From the NCBI RefSeq assembly GCF_009914755.1, contig NC_060931.1: a stretch of 64,000 nt of DNA; one strand, 5' to 3'. Position 1 is the first letter of the stretch; each line of letters starts with the position of its first letter. Made by a program: the position numbers and the translations under genes. Below, piece after piece: positions 13,603 through 25,339 of this stretch. The stretch is from the human T2T-CHM13v2.0 reference genome, Homo sapiens. The notes beneath the pieces were generated by a model that ran no database searches, was not told the origin of the DNA, and saw only the letters and a list, made by a program, of their open reading frames with translations.

Positions 13603-14432
13603 TGATACGGGAGGGGAGTAGGGAAGTGCTGGGTAGAGAAGTGTGGGTCCCTGGCGAGGGCTCTATCCTTGGGCCTGTGCCCACAGACGTAAGTGAAAAC
13701 AGGCACTCCTGTTTTTGCACCCAAATGTTGCATTTTCCAAGACCACTCTGGCCCGCCATGCTCCCATCTTATGCCCATATAAACTTGAGACCTTAGCAGG
13801 CACAGACACAAGTAGCTGAACATCAAGAGGAGGAAAGGAACAGACCAGCAGACTGGTAGACCGGCCACGGTGGAACAACATGGCAGAGAAAGAGAGAAGA
13901 GGAAGGTTGTCTGTACCCTGAGGGGAGTTCAGCCAAGGGCAGTCAGAGAAGAGTCTGCCAGCTGGGCGGCCAGGCTCCAAGGGAAGACCCCCTTCCCACT
14001 CTATCCTCTCCTTCCGGCTTCCCATCCTTCTTGCTAAAAACCACCTCCATCACTCAATAAAACCTTGCACGCATCCTTCCAGCCCATGTGTGATCTGATT
14101 CTTCCAGTACACTGGGCAAGAACCCAGGCTGTCACACTGCCTTGCGATAAGGCAGAGGATCTATTGAGCTGATTAATACAAGCCGTCTACAGACAGCAAA
14201 GCTGAAACAGCACAGTGTAACACACACCCTCTTGGGCTTCAGGAGTTGTAGACACCCACCCCCAGATGCTGCCATGGGGCCGGAGCCCAAAAGCACTCTC
14301 CATGGCCTCTGTACCTGCCCATCTGCATGATCCCCCTAGGGGTTTGAGCAGAGGGGCGACCTAAGGAGTAAAAGAGCAAGCCACACTACTGTCATATGTC
14401 CGGCAGTGAGATCAGGGAACTCTCCCATTTCA
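13603..14432 (+). mobile_element. ERV1 solo LTR (LTR1/LTR27/LTR28/MER52 group)
   Basis: Starts 'tgatacgggaggggagtagggaagtgctgggtagag' and ends 'cagggaactctcccatttca'. TATAAA near 13778 and AATAAA near 14056. TSD not clean; subfamily uncertain. Confidence 0.85.
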
Positions 14433-14679
14433 CTTGTATCCTAAGTAGGGGAGGGTAACAGATGTCTCAAGGTATCAGATGTCTCAAGACGGGTGCTAAG
14501 TAGGAAACAGGCAAAAAGAAGCACCCATTTTGTGATAAGGGTTATGACTATTAGTGGACACTTGGATATATATGTAGGTTTCAGGAGAGGTGCTAAAGAT
14601 TGGAAAGGAGGAAGCAAACACCCCAACCTGGACAGGTCTGAATGGAATAGAGAGATGGCAGAGCAAGGGGAGTACAGTA

Positions 14680-15172
14680 CAGCTGACCGTTGAACAAAAC
14701 TGGTTTGAACTTTATACGTCCACTCACAGGTGGATTTTTCTTCACTAAAATTTATACCCAGTGTGCCTGCCTCTCCTGCCTCCCTTTCCACCTCCTCCAC
14801 CTCTGCTACCCCTGAGACAGCAAGATCAGCCCCTTCTCTTCCTCTTCCTCCTCAGGCTACTCAACATGAAGACGGTGAGGATGGAGACCTTTATAATGAT
14901 CCACTTCTTAATGAATAGTAAATATATTTTCTCTTCTTTATGATTTTCTTTATAACATTTTCTTTTCTCTAGTTTACTTTATTGTAAGAATACAATATAT
15001 AATATGTATAACAAACAAAATATGTGTTATTAGACTTTTTGTATTATTGGTATGGTTTCTGGTCAACAGTAGGCTATTAATAGTTAAGTTTAGGAAGTCA
15101 AAAGTCATATTGGGATTTTTTACCATGTGGGGGTTGGCACTTCTAACACCCACATTGTTCAAGGGTCAACTG
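14680..15172. mobile_element. Tigger2-derived MITE (Tigger2a/MER28-like, TcMar-Tigger)
   Basis: TIRs 'cagctgaccgttgaacaa' / 'ttgttcaagggtcaactg', flanked by TA duplications (14678-79, 15173-74). Confidence 0.92.
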
Positions 15173-16039
15173 TACTTGTGACTCCTCAAATTGGGCTGCT
15201 GCTCTGCACAAGTAGATAGAAAATACCATATACAAGGAATGAGTTATTTTTCTACGTCTTATCGCGGTTAGCATTTGACTAGTTTGATTTCTCCCAGACC
15301 TCATTTAAATTTCAGATCCCAAGACTGCAAATATATATATATAAATATCAAACCTTTTTAAAAATGGAGTGGTAAATTCTTCAAATGACTCTGGCCTTCT
15401 AGCTGAGTCTGTAACCACCATCCCCTTGGTTTTCTTAAGCCCAAGTTAATGCATCTGCCATCCAATTAACACCTCATTTAACTATACACCTGAGGCTTTT
15501 GCTTCAAAACTCTATTTTGAAACAATTAGCCCTCTGCTGAATAGGGTAATGTGATTATAATTAGGAGGGAGACACAAAGAACAGTGTGATTAAGCCTTTA
15601 TGAAACTTCCTTAATGGAAGTGGGGGTCACAGTGAAGAGAAACTAGTGAAGTTAGGATAAAGGCAACTTTCTTTAAAACTGCAAGATGCTTTGGTACACA
15701 GTAATACATTACTCATATTACCTATATCAATGCACAGCAGAATGGATTTCCTGATGTATCACCTTCTCCCAAGTGTGAGATCATTTAATGTTTTGTTTCA
15801 AATTATTATCACATATTTTGGTCAAATAAAAACCTATAAATAGCCCTACCTCTGAATTCAATTTTATCTGGAAACTCTTGGGATCATCTGCAATGGAAAT
15901 AGTGTTTTTATACATTTGAGTGATTTTTACATATAAATATAACCTAATTTTCACTGTAAGTTTTTTAATCTGCCAATAAAAACCACTTATTTATATTTTC
16001 ACATCTATAAGGATTTTTTATTTCTAGTCTTTTTCATAT

Positions 16040-16212
16040 TAATTCCTTCTAGTGTTTTTCAAGCTTTAAAGTGCATTAAAATTGGAGATGTTTTTTAAAA
16101 GCACAATCTGATTTAGGAGGTTTGGAATAAAGAATTGAATTCTGCATTTCTAACAAGCTCCCAAATGATGCCCATGCTGCTGATTCAAGGACCACACTTC
16201 GCACAGCAAGGC
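16040..16212. mobile_element. MER5-like hAT-Charlie MITE
   Basis: 'ttctgcatttctaacaagctcccaaatgatgcccatgctgctg...ggaccacacttcgcacagcaagg'. Confidence 0.8.
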
Positions 16213-18519
16213 TCTGTCTGGAACGTAACTCTTAAGTTGCCACGCTAGGTTTCACTAAAGAGGAATAGTCATTTCTAGTTCAAATTTTATATTTAGGAGT
16301 TGTTATTGGAATAGAGTTGAGACTAGATTAACATAGTAGAAACAAATAAATTCTAGTCCTTTGAAAGCTCCTACACTTTACAGCACAAAATATCTTCAAC
16401 TAACCTCAATTTTTTTCCAATACTACATATGAAATGGTTGATTACTCTTGTTATTTCAAATGAGATGTTTAGATTGATATTTATTAAGAAAATGTAAATA
16501 ACTTGACCTTTCATACTCTTATTCCCAACCTGGAATCATTTCAACAACAAAAACCCATAATGATCACCGAGGTGTAGAGATGAGTGAGGAGAGGCCCTTT
16601 TTATATCCTTGAACACATGAGTCAGCACACAATTGTATCTTCTCTAGAGAAGCAGCAGCTCAAATATGCTAATTTATAAAGGGGAAGACACTTGATTTTG
16701 ATTACTGGCTAATACAGATGGATAGAAAATGAATAGCAAGAGAGAGAGAAGAGAGAAATGATCCACACATAGACATTAAAAAACAAAACAACAAAAAAGG
16801 AAAAATGAATAAGAGGAGCTAAAAGTGAGAACCAGTGGAACAGAAAACACTGGGGCCACACATAGATGTGCACACAGGGGATGTAGAGATTTCAGAATTT
16901 ATTTCACTTTATGCACCCTGGAAAAATGAAGAATCAGGAGGAAAAATCTCGTTTATTTGGTGACCAGAAAAGCTTAGGAGCAGAAGCTTAAATTTAGTTT
17001 GGAAGTGAACCAGAGAGGATCAGAGAAAACCAAGAAAATATAGGGCTTCAGATGGGAAGAGGCAGGACTTCAGTGACCTGGCAGAGGATTCCCAAACCCT
17101 GAGAACCTAAGCAGGAATGGCTCTGTGCTGGCCATTCCTTGAACCATGTTGACCTTGAGTTAATGTGCCATCACATAATAGATGCCTGGAAAATCATATC
17201 ACTGATAAAGTGTGGAGCCTTTGTGTGAGAAGAGACACTCAGTATCACCCAGTCTAGTTCTTGCAGTTTGTAACTTAGTAAACTTGTTCCCCAAGATGCT
17301 AAGCGACTGGCCCAAGGTCATATTTAAAGCCAAGCTGATTCTGAAACCCAACTCTTTAGACTCTAAGTCTCTGCTTGTGCCACAACATCAAAAACCATTG
17401 AGATAAGAGTAAGTCAGAGAAGGATTTAGGAGAGAAAACCACATTTGCAGGAAACCCCCAAGCCTCCCCTTCTATCTTAGAAGTAGACTAGACAATTGGT
17501 TTAACATGTCATCTTAGTGTGCCCTTCAGCACTTGTAAGGAAATGCTAAGTAAAGAAACAGAAATATAGCAAGAAAGGTAAGCTTCTATCATCTTCTATC
17601 ATCCTCTATTTCACCAAGATCCCAGTCAAGTTTTAAACTATTTTATGTAATTTCAAGACAAATTGCAAGCAGTATGATCAACATTTTCCAGAACATCCTT
17701 ATTTTCAGAATACGTTTTAATATGCATGCAAATTATGAGTGTTCTAATCAACAATTTAAAATGCAAAGCCTTGCTCAGATGTGCTATAAGACATTGTGTA
17801 TTAATGAGGGGATGTATTTGTTGGTTCTAATATTTACTCCCCCAAAACAATAAAAAGCAGCCTCTGTTTCGAACATAATTGTAATAGAAAGCCTGAATTA
17901 CAAATAAGAAAAAAATGGAGGCAATTTTTCCCAAAAGACAAAAATATTCCACCAACAGCAATTAATTAAAGGCATATGAATTCAGATATTAACATTTAAA
18001 ATACATTGTAGGCTGCATTTTCTAGTCAACTGATCATTTAAATACCTAGGCTTAAAGAAACTACAAACTCCAGAATTGCAATTCTTAAACACGTTCAGGG
18101 CTTATCAGTCAAATTATAGTTAGGATATCTTTTCGTATAGGTATTTAGTATATGTACCTCTTATTTTGTATAATGATTTCACCTATTTTTCCCTCCATTA
18201 AATCTTCTGAACAGCCAAACCCTCTGAAACAGAAACTATTCATCAACATGTAGCCTCAGACAAGACAATTAAAGTGACCTAAAAACAAAGAAGTATCATG
18301 GGTCTTTCCTCATTATACTCATTTGTAATAAGATAAATATATTAGGATATTCAGTTTCTAGACAAAGAGCTATTGAAACAAATGTCAAATTTCCTTTCCT
18401 ATAATATCAGGCATAAATTTGTCACATATTTTTCAAGAAATAGCCAAATTTTTGGAAAGATAAAAGAAAGATACCAATATTAACAGCTAGCAGGACATCT
18501 ATAAAAAAACATAGAAAAG

Positions 18520-19250
18520 AATAAACAACACACCTGTTAGAATGGCTATTATATTTATAAAACAGATAAGTATTGGTGAGTATGTGAAGAAATTGAAACT
18601 TTTGTTTGTACACTGCTGATTGGAATATAAAATGGTGTAGCAGCTATGGGAAACTGGAGATTCTTCAAAAAGTAAAAAAGAATTACCATATTATTCAGCA
18701 ATTGCACTTCTAGGTATATGTCTTTAAAAATGAGAATCATGATCTCAAAGAGATGGCTGCACTCCGTGTTCATTGAAGCATTATTCACAGTAGCCAAGAT
18801 ATGGAAACAACCCAAGTGTCCATCAACAAATGAATTGACAAAGAAAATTATATATGTGTATATACATACATATGCACTACATATGTAATCTGTTTATATA
18901 TATGTATATATACACATATATACATATTAAAAATATTATATATACACATATATTTTTAATATGTATATATGTGTGTGTGTGTATATATATATCTCCAGTT
19001 TTTTTAAAAAAAGGAATACTGCCATTTGCAACAACATGAATGAATCTGGATGCCATTATGCTAAATAACATAAACCTAGCACAAAAGGAAAAATACTGCA
19101 TGATTCTATTTACATGAGGTATATATAATAGTCGAATTTATAGAAACATAGAATACAATGGTGGTTGCGAGGTTTTGTGCAGTTGGGGAAATGGAGAGTT
19201 GTTTAATGGGTGCAAAGTTTCAGTTATGCTAGATGAATAAATTTTAGAGA
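18520..19250 (+). mobile_element. L1MA/L1MB 3' fragment with internal (TA/CA)n
   Basis: 'cacacctgttagaatggctatt', 'gcattattcacagtagccaagatatggaaacaacccaagtgtccatcaac', 'gccatttgcaacaacatg'. Confidence 0.88.
18849..18991. repeat. (TA/CA/TG)n low-complexity tract containing a perfect 25-bp inverted repeat
   Basis: Read directly; arms 18912-18936 and 18950-18974. Confidence 0.9.
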
Positions 19251-19449
19251 TTTTAAACCACAAGCATAAAAGGAGCCAAACGTACTGAGCTTCATCCACA
19301 AGCATACAGGAGAATCATTCATGAACTCTTAATATACATTCCTGTTTGATATATTAAACATATTGTAATGAAGAGTTCAATAAAGTCAGTGCCAATGGAA
19401 AAGAAATAATCACATATTTGTAAAAATCTAGGGGACCCTAGAGATTGAA

Positions 19450-20160
19450 GATGAGCTCTCTGGAATCAGAGTTCTGGGTTTAAATCTCAGTGCTGTCACT
19501 GCCTATGTGACTGACCTTAAACAAGTTACTACACTGAAAATAATAGTGAATACCTACAGTAGACAGAATAATGGTCCCATGACGATGTCCACATCCCAAT
19601 CCCTGGTATCTTACATGAAATGTAATATGTTACCTTTCATGAAATTCACATTCGTGAATATGTTACCTTACATGAAAAAAGGGACTTTAGAGATGTGATT
19701 AAGTTAAGGATTTCGATATGGGAAGATTATCTTGGATTAGCTGGGTGGTTCCAATGTAATCACAAGGACTCTTATAAGAGGGAGGCAGGAGTGTCAGAGT
19801 CAGAGAAGGAGATATGAGGATAGATGCAGCCATCAGAGTGATGCTGGTCCATGAGCCAAGGAATGTGGGCAGCTGCCAGAAACAGGAGAAGACAAGAAAA
19901 TGAATTATCCCCTGGAGCCTCCAGAAGGAACACAGCCCTGTTGACATCTTGATTTTAGCCCAGTGAAAGTGATTTCTGACCCCTAGAACCAGAAAATAAG
20001 AAACTGTATTGTTTTAAGCCACTAAATTTATGGTAACATATTACAGCAGCAACAGAAAAATGTTATACTACCTCATAAGATGATGAATGCAGTAAATATT
20101 TGTAAAGCTCTTAAAAGGATGCCTAGAATTTAAGTGCTATATAGCATCAGCTATTATTAA
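19450..20160 (+). mobile_element. MIR split by an MLT1D-like LTR
   Basis: MIR 5' half ('gttctgggtttaaatctcag...tgtgactgaccttaaacaagttac') to ~19555. It resumes after ~20068 ('cctcataag...tgtaaagctctta'). Confidence 0.7.
19556..20068 (+). mobile_element. MaLR solo LTR (MLT1C/D-like)
   Basis: 'agacagaataatggtccc...gatgtccacatcccaatccctgg', 'gggactttagagatgtgattaagttaagga', 'ttgttttaagccactaa'. Confidence 0.9.
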
Positions 20161-20164
20161 CATA

Positions 20165-20510
20165 AATCAGATTATCTCACTTCTCTGCTTAAAAATCTGC
20201 TGTCTTCCCTTTGCCCTAAGAATGAAATTATTTTCTGAATTATGCCCTATCAAGATTGGGTATGCTTCAGCTCCTCTCCTGCTGACCTCTCTCAACCTTT
20301 TACTGCAACCTTCCCTGTCACTGGCTTCTGTCCAGTCACACTGGCCTCTTTCAGTTTCTGGAAAATCAAGTGCCTTTGAACCTCAGGAGCTTTATAACAG
20401 CTGTTCTCTCAGCATGGAAAGTTCTTTCCCTCATGTTTATCCTAGCTAGATTCTATCTACATTTCATATTTGTTAAAGTGGCTTGTTTTCAGAAAGACCT
20501 TCCCTGAAAA
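20165..20510 (+). mobile_element. L2 fragment
   Basis: 'aaatcagattatctcacttctctgcttaaaa...ccagtcacactggcctc...ctcagga...tttcagaaagaccttccctga'. Confidence 0.7.
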
Positions 20511-20790
20511 TAGAAATTCTATCTCAAAATATCCTATTCTTAATGGCCAATGAACAGAAGAAAAGATGCTCAAGATTATTATTCATTAGGGAAATGCAAA
20601 CCAAAACCACAATAAGATACCACTATATATCCACTAGCAGGGCTAAAATGAAAAAGACAGACAATAACTCTTAGTGAGGATGTGGAGATATTGGAATCCT
20701 CATACATTGCTGGCAAGATTGGAAATGGTCCAGCCACTGTAGAAAACAAACCTTTTGGAAGCTTTTCAAAATGATAAACAGAATTACCAT

Positions 20791-22960
20791 TACCATACGA
20801 CCCAAACTGCCTATCATGAACTGGGTGCTTTCTGACCCATCTAGCCATAAAATGGGTTGTGCACAGCTGCATTCCATCATTAAACAGAAGTGGTATGTAT
20901 GAAATCAGGCTCAACAGGTCCTGAAGGCACAAGTAAGTTACATGAGGAAGTGGCTCAAATGCCCATGGTCTCCACTGCTGTCACCCTGCCTTCTCTCTCC
21001 CAGCCTGCACCAGTGGCCTCATGGGGAGTTCCCTATGGTCAGTTGACAGAGGAAGAGAAAACTAGGGCCTGGTTTACATATGGTTCTACACGATATACAG
21101 GCACCACTCAGAAGTGGACAGCTGCAGCACTATAGCCCCTTTCTAGGATATCCACCAAGGAAAGCAGTGAAGGGAAATCTTCCCAGAACTTTGAGCAGTG
21201 CACCTGGTTGTGTACTTTGCTTAGAATGAGAAATGGCTAGACGTACTATTATATCTGATTCATGGGCTGTAGCCAATGGTTTGCTGGGATGGTCAGGGAC
21301 TTGGAAGAAGCGTGATTGGAAAATTGGTGACAAAGGAATTTGGGGAAGAGATATGTGGATGGACCTCTCTGAGTGGTAAAATACTGTGAAGATATTTGTG
21401 TCCTATGTGAATGTTCATCAAAGGGTGACCTCAGCAGTGGATTGTAATAATCAAGTGGATTGGATTATTCATTATATAGATTCCCTCAGCCTCTTTCCCC
21501 AGCCACCCCTGTCATCACCCAATGGATTCATGAACAAAATGACCATGGTGGCAGGGATGGAGGTTACGCATGGGCTCAGCAACATTAACTTCCACTCACC
21601 AAGGCTGACTTGGCCACAGATACCACTGAGTGCCTAATTTTCCAGCAACAGAGACCAACACTGACACCTTGATATGGCACTGTTCCTCGGCGTGATCAGC
21701 CAACTACTTGGTGGTAGACTGATTATATTGGACCTTTTTCATCATGAAAAGGGCAGATGCTTGTCCTCACCAGAATAGACATTTACTCCAGATATGGGTT
21801 TGCCTATCCTGCACATAATGCTTCTGCCAAGACTACCATCTGTGGACTCATGGAATGCCTCATCCACCATCATGGTATTCCACAAATCATTGCCTCTGAC
21901 CAAGGCACTCACTTTACACTAAAGAAGTGAGGCAGTGGCCTTTTGAAGTCACAATTACAATGCCAACTAGGTGACAATACTTTGAGGCAAAGTTCTCCTC
22001 AAGACTCTGTATGCTCTGAATCAGTGACCAATATATGGTACTGTTTCTCCCATAGCCAGGATTCACAAGTCCAGAAATCAAGAGGTGAAAGTGGAAGTGG
22101 TACCACTCACCATTACCCTTAGTGACCCGCTAGCAAACATTTTTCTTCCTGTTCCCACGACATTATGTTCTGCTGGCCTGGAGGTCTTAAGTCCAGAGGA
22201 TGGAATGCTGCCACCAGAAGACACAACAATTCCATTAAACTGGAAGTTAAGATTGCCGCCTTTGGGCTCCTCCTACCTCTAAGTCAACAGGCTAAGAAGA
22301 GAGTCACATTGTTGGTAGGGGAAATTGACCCACACTATCAAGATGAAATCAGACTACTACTCCACAATGGAGGTAAGGAAGAGTATTCATGGAATACAGG
22401 AGATCCTTTAGGGCGTCTCTTAGTATTACCATGCCCTGTGATTAAGTTCAATGGGAAACTACACCAACCCAATCCAGGCAGGATGACAAATGGCCCAGAA
22501 CTTTCAGGAATGAAGGTTTATTCACTCCACCATGTAAGAAACCACAACCAGCTGAAGTGCTTGCTGAAAGCAAAGGGAATTCAGAATGGGTAGTAGAAGA
22601 AGGTAGTCATCAATACAACACGAGACCAGCTGCAGAAATGAGGACTGTAATCATCATGAGTTTTCCCCCTTATTTTGTTAAGAACATTTTTGTGCATGTA
22701 TACACTTGTACTAAAAAATATCTTCATTTTATTTCCTTTCGTTTTCCTTTATCATGTGACATAAGATTTACTGACTTTATATCAGCACTTAAGTGTTGTT
22801 AACTTTATGTAATAGTATTTAGATTAAGGATTAGTGTGCTTCCAGTTGTACGAAGGATAGCTGTATTATGTTAAGTATAATAATGGCCTTATTGTCTTTC
22901 TTTGGAGATTAAGTATGATTTCAAGAGATGTGTGTGGATTCAGTTGACAAGGAGTGGATT
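20791..22960 (+). mobile_element. HERV-L internal region, 5'-deleted (decayed RNase H, integrase, dUTPase)
   Basis: Peptides 'WGVPYGQLTEEEKTRAWFTYGS' (RNase H start, D mutated), integrase 'DYIGP', and dUTPase-like 'IPLNWKLRLPP' / 'GLLLPLSQQAKK..IDPHYQDEI'. Many stops and frameshifts; PPT-like 'gacaaggagtgga' before the LTR. Confidence 0.93.
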
Positions 22961-23525
22961 TGTGATGGTTAACATTAGGTGTCAACTTGATTGGATTGAA
23001 GGATGTCTACACAGCTGGTAAAGTATTATTTCTGGGTGTGTCTGTGAGGGTGTTGCCAGAAGAGATTAACATTTGAGTCAGTGGACTGGGAGAGGAAGAC
23101 TCACCCTCAACGTGGGTGGCCACCATCCAACCAGCCACCACCATGGCTAAAACAAAGCAGGTGGAAGAAAGTGGGATAAGCCAACTTGCTGAGTCTTCTG
23201 GCTTTCTTCTTTCTCCTGCTCTGGATGCTTCGTGCCCTAGGACATCAGACTCCAGGTTCTTCACCCTTTGGACTCTGGGACTTAAACCAGTGGTTTGCTG
23301 GGGGCTCTTGGGTCTTCGGCCACAGACTAAAGGCTGCACTGTTGGTTTTCCTACTTTTGAGGCTTCTGAACTCAGATTGAGCTACTACTGGCTTCATTCT
23401 GCCTCAGCTTCAAGATGGCCATCATGGACTTCACTTTGTGATTGTGTGAGCCTATTCTCCTTACACCCTTTCATATGTACACATATCCTATTAGTTCTGT
23501 CCCTTTGGAGAACCCTACTAATACA
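22961..23525 (+). mobile_element. MLT2 (MLT2A2/B-like) 3' LTR of HERV-L
   Basis: 'tgtgatggttaa...gtcaacttgattggattgaaggatg' to 'gagaaccctactaataca'. Confidence 0.93.
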
Positions 23526-24071
23526 TTTTAGGTATATGCACAATTCAAATGAAGATGACATATGTATAAACTAAAAACATATACATAAATGTCCATAACA
23601 GCATTATTCATGAGAGCCAAAAAATAATAACACAAGTGTCCATAAACTGATGAATGCATAAACAAAATATGGTTTTCCTATACAATGTAATATTATTCAG
23701 CAACAAAAAGGTATGAAGTACTAGTACTTGCTACAACATGGATGAACCTTGAAATCATTATACTCAGTGAGAAAAGCCAGTCAAAAAGGTAACATATAGT
23801 ACCATCACAATTATATAAAATGTCCAGAATAGACAAATCTATGTATCTAGAGGTACAAGCTAGTTAGTGGTTGCCAGTGGCCTGGGGCAGGGGTGGGGTT
23901 GCGGGTGGGGGGATTAAGGATTGGAGAGTGACTGCCAATAAACACTGGAGTTTCTTTCTGGGATGTCAAAAATGTTACAAAATTCTGATGATATTTGTGT
24001 AACTCTGATTAGACTAAAAACACTGAATTGCCCCTTTTAAAAGGGTAAAGTTCATAGTTTGGGAATTATAT

Positions 24072-24250
24072 CTCAATAAAGCTGCTATATTTTGGAAAGA
24101 TTTTAAAAATACTCCATTCTCAGTAAATCTTCTATTTTTTTAATCTCAATAAAGCTCCTATGTTTTAAAAAAAGATTTTTAAAATACTTTATTCTCAATA
24201 AAGCTGCTATTTTTATCTCAATAGAACTATTTTTAAAAAGGATTTAAAAA
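24072..24250 (+). repeat. Tandem higher-order repeat derived from the L1 poly(A)-signal end
   Basis: ctcaataaagctgctat-like units at 24072, 24119, 24145, 24194 and 24217. Confidence 0.85.
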
Positions 24251-24560
24251 ATTTTAACAGCAATTGCAAAAGCACCAGGGTACACATGCCTTCATCCTGT
24301 TTCATGGTAGAAATTATCACAATTTATAATCATTGTAAAGTCTAAAAGGACATGACTAAGTCTGATTTTTTTTAATTGCTGTTTTTTATTGCTTGTGCCT
24401 CATGTCATGTCATGTATGTGGTCAACACTCAATATTTGCTGAAGAGATGAAAGAGTATGATTAGCATGTGTAAATGACAATGAGGATGACATTGAGAAAG
24501 CAGCCATCAGTTTATGCCTAAATGATTAAACTAAAGGCAACTTTGAAAATCAGCCCTCTT

Positions 24561-24842
24561 GACTGGGTGTGGTGGCTCATACCTATAATCCCAGTACTTT
24601 GGGAGGCCGAGGCAGACAGATCACCTGAGGTCAGGAGTTCAAGACCAGCCTGACCAACATGGCAAAACCCTGTCTCTATCAAAAATACAAAAATTAGCTG
24701 GGCGTGGTGGCGGGCAACTGTAGTCCCAGCTACTCAGCTACTCCCACTGAGGTGGGAGAATCGCTTAAACCGAGATCGCATCACTGCACTCAAGCCTGGG
24801 TGACGGAGTGAGACTCTCTCTCAAAAAAAAAAAAAAAAAAAG
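24561..24842 (+). mobile_element. AluS with internal deletion in the right arm
   Basis: 'gatcacctgaggtcaggagttc'. The join 'cgcttaaaccgagatcgc' lacks the gggaggcggaggttgcagtgag block. Poly(A) tail; no clear TSD. Confidence 0.95.
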
Positions 24843-25339
24843 GAAAAAGCAATTAGTTTTTCTAAGTCTTTTAAAATCAAATTAATTTCGGGTTATCTGA
24901 CTTATAGAGCAACCAAGGTTATCCACAATGTTCATTTCTAAACTAGCTTCAGAGAAGCATAGAATGTCCTTTATGGTCACAGAGTAATTTGGAGCATCAC
25001 CATCCCCATGACATTAATATGGAAGAGTACATGACAGCCTCAATCTTCTGGCAGAGCAGAACATTCAAATGATCGGGGTCTTTAAAATTCATCAAGGTAT
25101 TTTTTTTATTCCACGTATTTACTCATTCAACATTCATTGCCCACACCCATTTTCCAGATGATAAAAATATAGAAATAAAAAGCATCATATCTTCCCTCAA
25201 GAAACCAACAATGTCATAGGAAAGATACAACAGTTTGAGATCAGTCTTGTAATAGTGTCCTGTTGGAGTGTAGAGGTAGATGCCTTAGTAGTTTTGTAAT
25301 ATCTGCAGGTAATTCCAACCAACCATAGTCTCCAATACC

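Larger units (their letters stand above)
20540..24085 (+). mobile_element. L1MB-type 3' fragment interrupted by HERV-L (L1 parts ~20540-20790 and ~23526-24085)
   Basis: The left part ends 'aacagaattaccat'. The right part resumes 'ttttaggtatatgcacaa' and ends 'gaattatatctcaataaagctg'. Confidence 0.88.

Noticed and set aside
14459-14488. Short duplications (cagatgtctcaag x2; also ~460-480, ~17583-17605, 32068-32097)
   Set aside because: Ordinary slippage-type duplications, expected at this frequency.
22085-22593. HERV-L dUTPase ORFs as a domesticated gene
   Set aside because: Split across frames by frameshifts, with stops throughout the neighbouring pol.
24072-24250. Repeat-spacer-like array resembling CRISPR
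   Set aside because: Eukaryotic context, degenerate L1-derived units, spacers that repeat each other, and no cas genes.
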